From NCBI GenBank assembly GCA_022813965.1, contig JALDZS010000016.1:1-64000 (forward strand): 64,000 bases of DNA. The letters run 5' to 3'. Position 1 is the first letter of the stretch. The number at the start of each line of letters is the position of its first letter. The notes under the pieces were generated by a model. It made no database searches, had not been told where the DNA came from, and saw nothing but the letters and a program-made list of their open reading frames with translations. The position numbers were made by a program, and so were the translations under genes. The stretch is from Toensbergia leucococca. Taxonomy: Eukaryota. Positions 24,630 through 34,375 of the stretch are shown piece by piece.

Positions 24630-26348
24630 TTAGATTCTCTCATCCATCGCCGTAGGTTGAGAAAAGTGCTGAGCCTCATGATCATCGGCTTCAAAACTTG
24701 GTCTCCTTAAAGATTCCGCTTTGTGTAAGCTGCTAAGATTTGCCTCCGAAGCTTTACTATTTTCCCCAAGCTCCCAACTACCAATCCGCTGATGTTCTTT
24801 CCCGACCACGGTAGCGCCAAATCCGCTCTTTCCAAGGGTAAGATCTGGGTCTGAAGCTAATTTCTCGCCGCCCTTGAATCCTCCTAACTCAGACCGGCGC
24901 TTGGCCTTTGACCGATAGAAACGGATACCACCCACAAGCATAGCAGCCGCCAAGACGAGACCGACTACAGCAAGCGCGACTATGGCACCGATGACTCCAG
25001 CGACTGCTGGCCGAATTCCGTAGCTTATAGCTGGTGACGATTCCGTCTCATTAACACTGCCAGAACTGGACGTCGAATTGGTGTATGATGGGCAGAAAAC
25101 GGCACTACTTAAACAGACATTGCACCAGTCACCGATCGACCCGAGCAAGATGCTCTTCATACCTTGGGCGAAATCTTCTAGAGACATCACTGCTTCGCTT
25201 GCACTTCGACCAAAGAGAGGATAGGCGGTCAGATCAGATGATGAGTTGGTGCCATTACGGAACAGGAAGCGAACACTAAGGTCCTGGGTGTCAGGGTAGA
25301 CCTCGCTGTTGTTTGAGATGATGCTGAACATCTCAAAAACCATCGAAGACCCAAAATCAGGAAGGCCGTAAAAGTCTGAATTTGCTTGTGGCAATTGAGC
25401 CAAGGCTGCAAAAGAGACCATTGGCTCGAAACTGCCGAAGAACAGGTTGAGTTTATCCTGTTCTCCCCCAGTTTCAAAATTGTAAATGAGAGATCCAAGC
25501 ACTTCTGCCGCCATTGTCTGACCTGCAATTGTTCGAATGCGATCACCAGGGAAAGAGCCACTCGCAGAGACATTCCCATTCACGGCATACTCCCATTGAT
25601 CGGCCAAAATGCGTGCCTGGGTAAGATCGGCAAACGACAGGTGATCCCGAATAGTCTGATTATGTGTATAACCGTAATTAAGATAGTCGAATATTTCATA
25701 GGCCGCATAGTAATTCGCTGTCGCATCAGAAAATTCCCCGAGCAAGATGTCTTGTTCGAAGCTCTCGTAAAAGTCCTCGGTCAACCGCTCGGTCTCGATG
25801 AACTCGGGGTTGCTGAAATAATCGGTGCCAGAGTTATCATAGGCCGGACAATTGACTTGGCCACTGATCCATATCGAGCTCTGATCCAGGGCCGAGGCAG
25901 TGTAGATCTGAGGGTACTGATAACCTCCGACAGGATAGTCAATTTTGGATCCATTAGTTAGAGTTGAGGCTTGGCTATATGGAGGATATAAGCCTTGCAT
26001 GAAAGCTTGAGCTGAGGCCGAGGTGAATTGGTCTACAGTAGACATGACAGAGACTTGATCGTTGTCTAGTTCATTGGTTGATAGACCGTTGATGGCCAAG
26101 CTCTGGGCGAGAGGCCCGCCGGGGGTATCTATGTAACGACTACGAAATAGCTTGCCGGCGGAGAGGAGCTGCTGAGCGCCCAATGCGGTCAAGGTAGTCA
26201 ATTCTGGAAGGATCAAGGGCGTGCGGTCTCCATGACGGGTGAAGACGACAGAGGTCCAAATAGTCTCACTATAGTCGATGTCAGTTTGCGCCAAGATGAA
26301 CGGTAGATGGCTCAAGCCAACGATGGCTATGATGAGGCAGTTCAACAT
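24630..26348 (-). CDS. Histidine acid phosphatase family protein (signal peptide, C-terminal TM anchor)
   Basis: RHGDRTP motif and LTALGAQQ. The signal peptide is MLNCLIIAIVGLSHLPFILA and the TM segment is VAGVIGAIVALAVVGLVLAAAMLV. The ORF track start (26573) is probably too far upstream. Confidence 0.9.
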   Translation of the reverse strand: MLNCLIIAIVGLSHLPFILAQTDIDYSETIWTSVVFTRHGDRTPLILPELTTLTALGAQQLLSAGKLFRSRYIDTPGGPLAQSLAINGLSTNELDNDQVSVMSTVDQFTSASAQAFMQGLYPPYSQASTLTNGSKIDYPVGGYQYPQIYTASALDQSSIWISGQVNCPAYDNSGTDYFSNPEFIETERLTEDFYESFEQDILLGEFSDATANYYAAYEIFDYLNYGYTHNQTIRDHLSFADLTQARILADQWEYAVNGNVSASGSFPGDRIRTIAGQTMAAEVLGSLIYNFETGGEQDKLNLFFGSFEPMVSFAALAQLPQANSDFYGLPDFGSSMVFEMFSIISNNSEVYPDTQDLSVRFLFRNGTNSSSDLTAYPLFGRSASEAVMSLEDFAQGMKSILLGSIGDWCNVCLSSAVFCPSYTNSTSSSGSVNETESSPAISYGIRPAVAGVIGAIVALAVVGLVLAAAMLVGGIRFYRSKAKRRSELGGFKGGEKLASDPDLTLGKSGFGATVVGKEHQRIGSWELGENSKASEANLSSLHKAESLRRPSFEADDHEAQHFSQPTAMDERI

Positions 26349-27572
26349 GTTGGCGGACTCAGCTGCAGCTGGCAGGGCAACAGTGAGCATGAGATGCAGA
26401 TGTACTCGATGATGTATGGATAGGAAGCAGGGAAGGGTCAAGTGAGAGGTTAGGTAAGGCAATGGAAGGCAAAGCAAAGCTTGGGATGAGCTCACAAGAT
26501 GTGAGTCGGTCAGCCAATCGGAAAAAGGTGGAGGCGGGGGTTGGATGCGATAAAAGATAAAGGCTTGGAGCATCCTTGCGAAATGGCACCCTCACACCAG
26601 GCACGATCCACTACGAAGTCCCGATCCCATTCGCCCCAAACCCGTCCAGAGCGTTCTGTTCCATCATCAACTCCCCGATCAATACAATAGCCACGAGAAA
26701 TCAGTGGCCTCCTCTGAATCTTAATCAAGTACTTAGTCTCCCGCAAGCAACTCAAGAACGACACGCAGAAAGGAGCTTGGGAGGACTCGAGTGAGAAGGG
26801 AACCTTGATCTATGCCGACTTTGTGTTCGGGCTAAGGCTTTTGCCGGCACGTGCCTCTCCTAGTGTTCTAACCACCTTCCTCGCTTAGATCAGTGTCCCG
26901 TGCCGGTGAGGATGAACTTGCTGCCAGCAACATTACCTCAATGTCGTCGTTTTGGAGATATCTACTATCTACCGTTTGAGCCTGTTTCTTTCTCCTCGGA
27001 AAGAGAGATTGTATTTTATCGCTTCTCGAGCTGTTGTAATTAGTCCTTGTCTTTGAAAGTGTGTTTACTTTTTTACATTTGTATTTTGCTCCCAGGCAAT
27101 CCTCTTGTTTTGAATCTGTCTTGAGCTCAGTAGATCCGGCTGCTACTCGCTCGAGCAAGCGTATGTTTCCTCTCGTAACATGTCAAACATCTTTCTGCTA
27201 TTAATCCCATTCAACATCATTTCTGGTGCATCGCCGCCATTGGCAGAAAATTCGCCGTAGAAAATGTATTTGAATAGCCTCATGTCAATGATAGACTGCG
27301 TGTGAAGCTGCTATATGTTGAAATGTTGGCTCTTTCCCTTCGGATCTCTTACGTTGTCCATAACATACCCAATTTCAAGAATTTGATTTGTGATATGGAG
27401 AGGAAAAGCCCATACTCATGCAATATAATGCTACATAGCTAATAAGTGATCTGATCAGGGGTTTAGCTGGCTAAAAGGACCTCCGACTTGTTGAAAGCGA
27501 CCCTACACGCCTGGATACTCATTGGTTCATAAGCACATACTCCTCAAAGATCTACGTTCCCCAAAATCAAAC

Positions 27573-28736
27573 ATGTCAGACCTCTATATTCCCAACGACA
27601 AGACAATCTTCCTAAAACCCCTAAACCCGCATAACCACCTTACTCAAACCCTCGCCACTCTCGTTCACAAATTTCCCCCCAAAGACGTCTGGACCGAAGC
27701 ACATGGGCTCCACTTGGGCCCAACAGCCGTGGCCTACCTCTTCCTCCACCTCTCCCGCACCCACCCCAAACTCCTAGTCGAAGAAAAGTCTCCGCAAGAA
27801 TGGTGTACCGCCTACCTAGCCGGCGTCAGGCCCCCACCAGAAGTCCTCCCCCGCCAATGCGGCATCGTCAACGAAGAGCTAGCTTTCTGCGCTGTCTCAG
27901 CAGCCGCAACCCAAGACTCAACCTACATTAATAGATTCCTAAAATACATACCAGCCATTACAAAAACAAACACGACCCACAGAGCCACAACAGGCGACTG
28001 CAACGATCCCTGCGACCACTGGGGCTACGGCAAAGCAGGCACACTATACATGCTCCGCCTCATCCGCGCCTGGGTCCCGAGCAGCTCCGACCTCCTCCAC
28101 GCCCCCACCACGCAACTAATAGACTGCATCCTTGCCAACGGCCCACCTTGGGTCTGGGCCAACGGCGAATATCTCGGCGCCGGCCAGGGTGCCATGGGCA
28201 TAATGACGCAAATCATCCTCACCTCGCCCTCGCACGCCCCAGCCCTCGAACCCAAACTCTCGCTCCTCCTAGACCTCCAAACTCCGGCCGGAAACTGGCC
28301 CGTCGTCCTCCCGGCCATCGACGGCATCCAGCCAAAAGTCCACGACGACCTCGTGCAATTCTGCCACGGCGCCCCGGGCTTCGTCATCTCTCTCCCCAAA
28401 CTCCGCCCGTATTTCTCCCCCGCGCTACAGGAGCGCATTGATGATACCATTGAGAGGGGTCGAGCCTACACGTGGGAGAAGGGTCTGACTCGCAAAATGC
28501 CCAATCTGTGCCACGGCATCACCGGGAACGCGCTGGCTTTCGATGGGGCGCGGCGTGATCACTTCTTGGCGCATGCTACCGAGGAGTATATCCGTACGGC
28601 TAGGGAGGAGGGGGTGTTCAAGGGCGGGGATGAGCGTCTATATGGGCTTGGGGATGGGCTAGCGGGGCGGGTGTGGGGTTGGATGGTTGCGGATTTGGAT
28701 CGCGAGATGGGGTATATTGGATACAATGATATCTAG
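27573..28736 (+). CDS. LanC-like (lanthionine synthetase C-like, LanCL) protein
   Basis: Zn-ligand motifs QFCHGAPG and NLCHGITGNAL, plus GxxG repeats (YGKAG, GAGQGAMG, GNWP). Intronless. Confidence 0.9.
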   Translation: MSDLYIPNDKTIFLKPLNPHNHLTQTLATLVHKFPPKDVWTEAHGLHLGPTAVAYLFLHLSRTHPKLLVEEKSPQEWCTAYLAGVRPPPEVLPRQCGIVNEELAFCAVSAAATQDSTYINRFLKYIPAITKTNTTHRATTGDCNDPCDHWGYGKAGTLYMLRLIRAWVPSSSDLLHAPTTQLIDCILANGPPWVWANGEYLGAGQGAMGIMTQIILTSPSHAPALEPKLSLLLDLQTPAGNWPVVLPAIDGIQPKVHDDLVQFCHGAPGFVISLPKLRPYFSPALQERIDDTIERGRAYTWEKGLTRKMPNLCHGITGNALAFDGARRDHFLAHATEEYIRTAREEGVFKGGDERLYGLGDGLAGRVWGWMVADLDREMGYIGYNDI

Positions 28737-29645
28737 AAATGTCGATGGCTACCGATTCTGTAAAGGGGTTGGCGATTGGGAAATGAGAAAAGGGAAAAGG
28801 GAAATGCGTGAATATCCAGTATCAGGAAGAGGAGGATTTGTATTTTACAGGGAACAAAATTCCTGGGATATGAAAGGAGCTTGTCACCGCATAACCTAGC
28901 ATTGTACGATATGATCCGGTTTACAAAGGTACTGCCGTGCCGTAAGAGATGGTTTGAAATCAGATCTTGTAGATAAGAAGTGTTTTGACTATTCAAGAAT
29001 ACAAGATATTGCTCCATTGACTTATAACGTACAAATCCCAACCTTCCCTTCTTCCTCTACTTCATCCCCACTCCAACTCCCTAATTGATCATCATCATCA
29101 TCATCCCCCTCACTCAAAAAAAAATGAAAAAAAAAGAAACAAAAAGGGTGCTAAAAAAAGGAGAGACCGATCCCTCCCCTCATTTTCAAGATAGAACAAA
29201 ATTACTAAACTTCATGGGAAGAAAAAAAAACCATTTCAATCCTGATTCCTGTAACTATACAATGCATTGCATCCACCTTATCCTTCAGGGCTAAGATTTG
29301 TGATCAGCCTACCAAAACCTTCAGCAGGGGGGAAAAAAATCAAAATTGGAAATTGCAAAAAAGGTCGAAAATTGGATTTCAAGGTTCAAATCCTTCTGAC
29401 AGCAAGAAATTCCAAGTCTTCATACTTTACTTCAAACACATTCTATTTTTTGTCTCTGACTGCCTCAACGTTGAGACAACAAATGTAGTAATGCAGAGAG
29501 TCCGAAGACGCTGGCAAGCAACAACAAATGCTACAACTGCCTTCTAAAAGCTGACTATTCGATTAATGCTACGGCCGGGTATCTATGAAGAAGCTAAAAA
29601 ACCACCCGATGCATATCCATCATTTCCACCAAAGAAGCGACCAAC

Positions 29646-31079
29646 TCACGTTCTGCGCGTCCAACTCACCTCAATCACCCCATCTTCCGCCCCGTGCCCA
29701 GCCCGGAGAACATAAAACTGCCGCACCTCCCCTCTCGTCTCAGTGACATCTTCCAACCGATAGGTAAGCTTCATCCAGTCTCTCGCTCTCAGTGGGGCAA
29801 GGCTGTGCGCGTAGGAATCAGCGGTGGCGCCCTCATAGTCGTCCCAAGTCTGCTCCATGGAGCCGTCGAGAGGTGGCTCTTCCGCATATCTGATGAAGGA
29901 ATAGCCGTTGATGAGGAACCATGAATCGGAGAATCTCCACCGCTTGAGCAGACAGGCGTCTCCGCAGATAGAGGAAACGGTGCTTAATTTTGCTACGTCG
30001 ATGTGGGACCAGGATTTCCAGTGGTGGATCGAGAGCGGCTGTTGGCGACCGGATTCGTAGAAACCGGCGGGATCGCCGTGGAGGTTCATTTGGTGGAGAT
30101 CAGGCTCCCAAGTTAGTTTGGTCGTAGTGTGGTGGTAGATACACTGCGCCAGGCGTCCGTCACCGTTCATGGAATGTGAGTTGCATTCTGGGTATACCGT
30201 ATTGATTTTAGCAAGTAAAGGCATCGAAATGAAGACACCGGCGCCTCCGTACGCCATGAATCCCCAGCCGGCCAACTGCAGAAAGTCCTCTGATAGTCCA
30301 CCAATGTATTTTTCCTCTTCATGATTATGATCTGCCAGACGAGATACAAGTTGTGACATGGATAAAAAGAAGGTATCGTCGTCTACGAGGCCAGCCCAGC
30401 GCGTGTCTTCCTGTCGGTGCTCGTAGAGCAGCGTGACGAGGGCAAAGTATCGGTCGTCGAAGCTTTGGTCGGATTCGTAGATGGTCACATCGATGCCTAA
30501 GCTCTGCATCTTTTCTTGCAAGACACCGTGGTCTGGATTGGGTGGGATCAAGGCAAGCAGACGGGCTTTTGTATTCGATAGCCAGTGCTGTATTGGACCA
30601 ATTGATGACTCTAACCTTTCGGCCGTGGTCGCAACTCCGAATATCAGGTGGGAAGCGTCAGTAGGACGGCCAAGCTTAGGCACTTTCACTGTCACCGGAT
30701 CAAGACAGTAAGAGAGCGTTGGAGCCCAGCCCCCTGAGACACCATGGTCGTGGTATAGGTCAACAGATTCAAATAGTGGACTTGGCTGGTCTAAAGATTC
30801 GGTGAAAGGCAGCGTTTCTTTTGAGAAGTCGACAACTAATCTGTATCTTGCATACCGTATCGTACGACTGAGATTCAAGTGTTCCAGAGAGTCAAAATCT
30901 AGGAGGCAGGCTTGTGCTTGTTGGTAATCACTCGTTACTTTTCCAAATCCAAATGGATTTGTCCCGTCGGATTTCCAGTACCCAACGACGACGACAAGAC
31001 TTAGACACAATGCAACAACGATTTGAAGGAGTTTCTTAAAGCGTCTGTGCCAATTCTGATGAGGTAATTGGCAAGGCAT
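29646..31079 (-). CDS. Glycosyltransferase family 31 (Fringe-like), type II membrane protein
   Basis: N-terminal TM, LIFGVAT, DxD motif LVDDDTFF, MAYGGAGVFIS, GDGRLAQC and PLSIHHWKSW. Confidence 0.9.
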   Translation of the reverse strand: MPCQLPHQNWHRRFKKLLQIVVALCLSLVVVVGYWKSDGTNPFGFGKVTSDYQQAQACLLDFDSLEHLNLSRTIRYARYRLVVDFSKETLPFTESLDQPSPLFESVDLYHDHGVSGGWAPTLSYCLDPVTVKVPKLGRPTDASHLIFGVATTAERLESSIGPIQHWLSNTKARLLALIPPNPDHGVLQEKMQSLGIDVTIYESDQSFDDRYFALVTLLYEHRQEDTRWAGLVDDDTFFLSMSQLVSRLADHNHEEEKYIGGLSEDFLQLAGWGFMAYGGAGVFISMPLLAKINTVYPECNSHSMNGDGRLAQCIYHHTTTKLTWEPDLHQMNLHGDPAGFYESGRQQPLSIHHWKSWSHIDVAKLSTVSSICGDACLLKRWRFSDSWFLINGYSFIRYAEEPPLDGSMEQTWDDYEGATADSYAHSLAPLRARDWMKLTYRLEDVTETRGEVRQFYVLRAGHGAEDGVIEVSWTRRT

Positions 31080-32904
31080 GCCTCAATCACTTGACATATA
31101 CGGGTGAATGATGAATGGCGGATGGTGAATGGGAAGAGAGACAAGTGAGAGACGAATATTGCCCGATCTGTCCAAATACAGACGCACTTGAAACTCTTGC
31201 GGGCGAAGACATAAAAATAATAAATGCGGCTGATATACGTATTATTTCATCCTAGCAGAGACCTCGACTTGGAAGGCTCGATCAAGCACCACTGTATCCT
31301 CGATAGAGTTGGATTTACGCAATCAGAGTTCAAGGAATTTTTTATACAACCGATGTTTACAAGTATCATAAGGTATCTGATATGCCTCAAAAGCCAAGCT
31401 TAATACCGATCTCCGACATAGCTTACCAAGAAGGGCATTCACGTCCTGTGCGTTACAAAATCTCAGAGACGTCGCAACGTCGTCGAAAGTTCGACTCAAC
31501 CACTCGATACACTTCGCAATCGATCCTAGCGATGCAGAGATATCATAAGGGCCGATCGTCCTCACCAAAGGCATTTCCAATAAGCAAAAAGACTATTCGA
31601 GTGAACGAGCATCTCATAGACTGCCCTGAGTACGGACGTCGAGCCGCTCCTGTTTTTGATTGTGGAGTTTTTCTACCGAGTCAGCCTGCTCAACTGTCCT
31701 AGAAGAACGATGATCACCTATATTCGATTAGCTGATATCTGCCTCGATCCGCCTGCAACTTGATCCGTTCTTGCGGCCCGCATTTCACTGATCATTTGCA
31801 TCTTGGGGATTTCGGTCCATGCACTATATCAGGCCCGGCGAATCCCTGTACCATACCCTTTATGGGCCTTTGCGCATCCTTTCAAGTCAACCTCACGGAT
31901 CTTCATCATGTCCACTGTAACTAAGTACTGTGCCAAATCTAAGTAGCTCTAGCGCTTTTGTGGAAGGTTTTGGCGCAATTGTGTGGATTAAATCAAAAAT
32001 CCAACGAAAATAACTTGCAGCTGTTTCATGCTCAGTGCGGTCCTTTGTTGATTCCTAGGTGCGCTGTGGTGCATTTCAGGGCTAAACTCTGCTGGCGAAT
32101 AGTCGACAAGCAAAAGACCAGAGGTTGCATCTTGATTTGTTCTGGGAAGTCATTATCGCCATCTGAACTGTAAATCGAAGCCAGACCTAGAGGGACCCTA
32201 ACGTGAACGGCAACAGCAATTCGAGAGGCTGTGTCACAGATTTGAGCAAATACAGTCCGCGTGTCAGTCAAGCTCGTATTCTCTGTAGCTTTTACTGTCG
32301 CAGTTGATGCTGCAGGAGCTGTTGCAGCAAAACAAGTAAAAGTTGTAGTGGAATTATTTCGATAGTCGGTGAAGCGACAACAAATGAAATTGATTGTAAT
32401 ATTGGACACTCTTTTACAACAGGAAGTCCTTGAATGTTTGTCGAGCTAGGCAGGTAGGATATGGCTGGGAGGAACGACAAGGCGAGTAGAATAAGGGAGA
32501 AGTGAGGTTCGTGATTTTAAAATTTAATATGATAAATAGGTATTCGCCACCCAGCCACCCTCGCGTTAGAGTATTCAAGGCAACATACTTCCCGTCCTCG
32601 GTCCCACCTTTTCCCAATTACCTATTGATTACTTCTTGAAGGGAAGAGATGACTTTCATGGCCATATACACATATTGTATTTAGATCTACGAGGACCCAT
32701 TGCGATGGATTCATGAATAATCCCAAATTAGGACATTGTGCCAAGACGACACTGTCGTACCGTGACCACTCTGAATTTTTACTCTACTCCCCTTCCTCGT
32801 ACCTGAAGGGAACGAGGAGAATACATGGGGTCAGACGCTTAAATCGATAATAGCTTGCCTGTCGCCAATGATGACCTTAAGGTCCATACATTGAGTATTT
32901 GAAT

Positions 32905-34361
32905 ATGCCCACTGATAGCTTACCTCCAGCTCAGCCTGCGTATATTCTCCGAGGGCATGCAGCTCACGTTCATGCTCTGCACTTTACACGAGGGAACAGT
33001 CGACTTCTGACTGGCGATGCCGATGGTTGTATCATTTCATGGAGCCTGGCCTTCAAGCGGCCTGTGGCTGTGTGGAAAGCCCACGAGAGTGCTATCTTAG
33101 GCCTTGCTTCATGGGGAGAGGACTGCATCATCACGTATGTGTCGATCAGCCAATCGTTTGCACAATTCCAGCTGCTGATCTGTTGAAAACTTCAGGCATG
33201 GGCGAGATAATAAGCTCATGGTATGGCAGCTTACCGCCGCTGATGAAAGTGACATGGCCAAAACACTGCCTGCCAATGGCAGCCTCATTTCAGTAAAGCA
33301 GCCTTGGCTTCTGCATTCATTGTTTGTCAATACTTTGAACTTTTGCTCATTCGCAATGACCTACCAAGCGCTGCCAAAACCCTGTCCAGGGCATCTAGTA
33401 GTCGATGACTCAAATACAAAATCGAGGCCAATATTGGTTGCAGTACCCAATACACTCGATTCAGGAGGTGTACGATTGTGACCAAGATCATAGCTTTTTC
33501 AGAACTAATCTTTGTTCTAGATTGACATTTATCATCTTCCCTCGGAGATTCGAGCAACAACTATAGATGGGGATAAGAGTACGAAAACAGGTCAGTGCCA
33601 GCATCTTGAGACTCTCGTCCTCCAGAACAATTTGAGTTGACCTTTCATAGGTATGGTAATGGCCCTGGGCATTTTAGCAAAAGGCACGTCACTGCAAGTC
33701 ACAGCTGGGTACGAAAGCGGCCACACAATGCTCTTCGTCCAAGATAGTCCAGGCAAAAAATGGCAGAAATTATACTCGGCTCAATCTCACACCCAGCCAG
33801 GTTTGTTTACATCCTAGACATAATATTGTCAGATTATCAATTGATTACTCTGATAATGCAACAGTGCTCTCACTAGACATCTCTCCAAGTCAAGACTATT
33901 TCGTCACGTCTTCCGCAGACGCTACTATTGCTAAGCATCCACTTTATGCGAGGGATACAGCCATTGACGTATATTCAAAGCCAATCAAGATCTCTAAGAC
34001 CAGGCACTCAGGTCAGCAAGGCCTTCGCATCCGATCAGATGGTAAGATTTTTGCTACTGCTGGCTGGGATACTCGCATACGTGTCTACTCTGCCAGAAAT
34101 TTGAAGGAACTTGCAGTCCTAGGTTGGCATAAAGATGGCTGTTACGCCACTGCATTTGCAGAAGTCGGATCCATTAGACTGGACATAGATGAGCAAGTGC
34201 AACCAGTGCAGGAGCCCGATGCGGGTAGTGATTTGGCCATCGCCTCGCAAAGCTCGACACAAAGCTTGGTTCAGCAACGCAGAGACGAAAAAGCGCAGTC
34301 CACCCACTGGCTTGCAGCAGGGTCGAAAGACGGGAAAGTCTCGCTGTGGGACATTTATTGA
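32905..34361 (+). CDS. ASA1: ASTRA-associated protein 1 (WD40 repeat), multi-exon
   Basis: [58 protein letters not shown] and terminal [17 protein letters not shown]. Confidence 0.85.
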
Positions 34362-34375
34362 GAGTACTTAGTGCC

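Noticed and set aside
12141..28736. RiPP/lanthipeptide cluster (UstT-like MFS plus LanC-like)
   Set aside because: The genes are ~14 kb apart with unrelated genes between them. I saw no precursor with repeated cores, no DUF3328 oxidase and no dehydratase.
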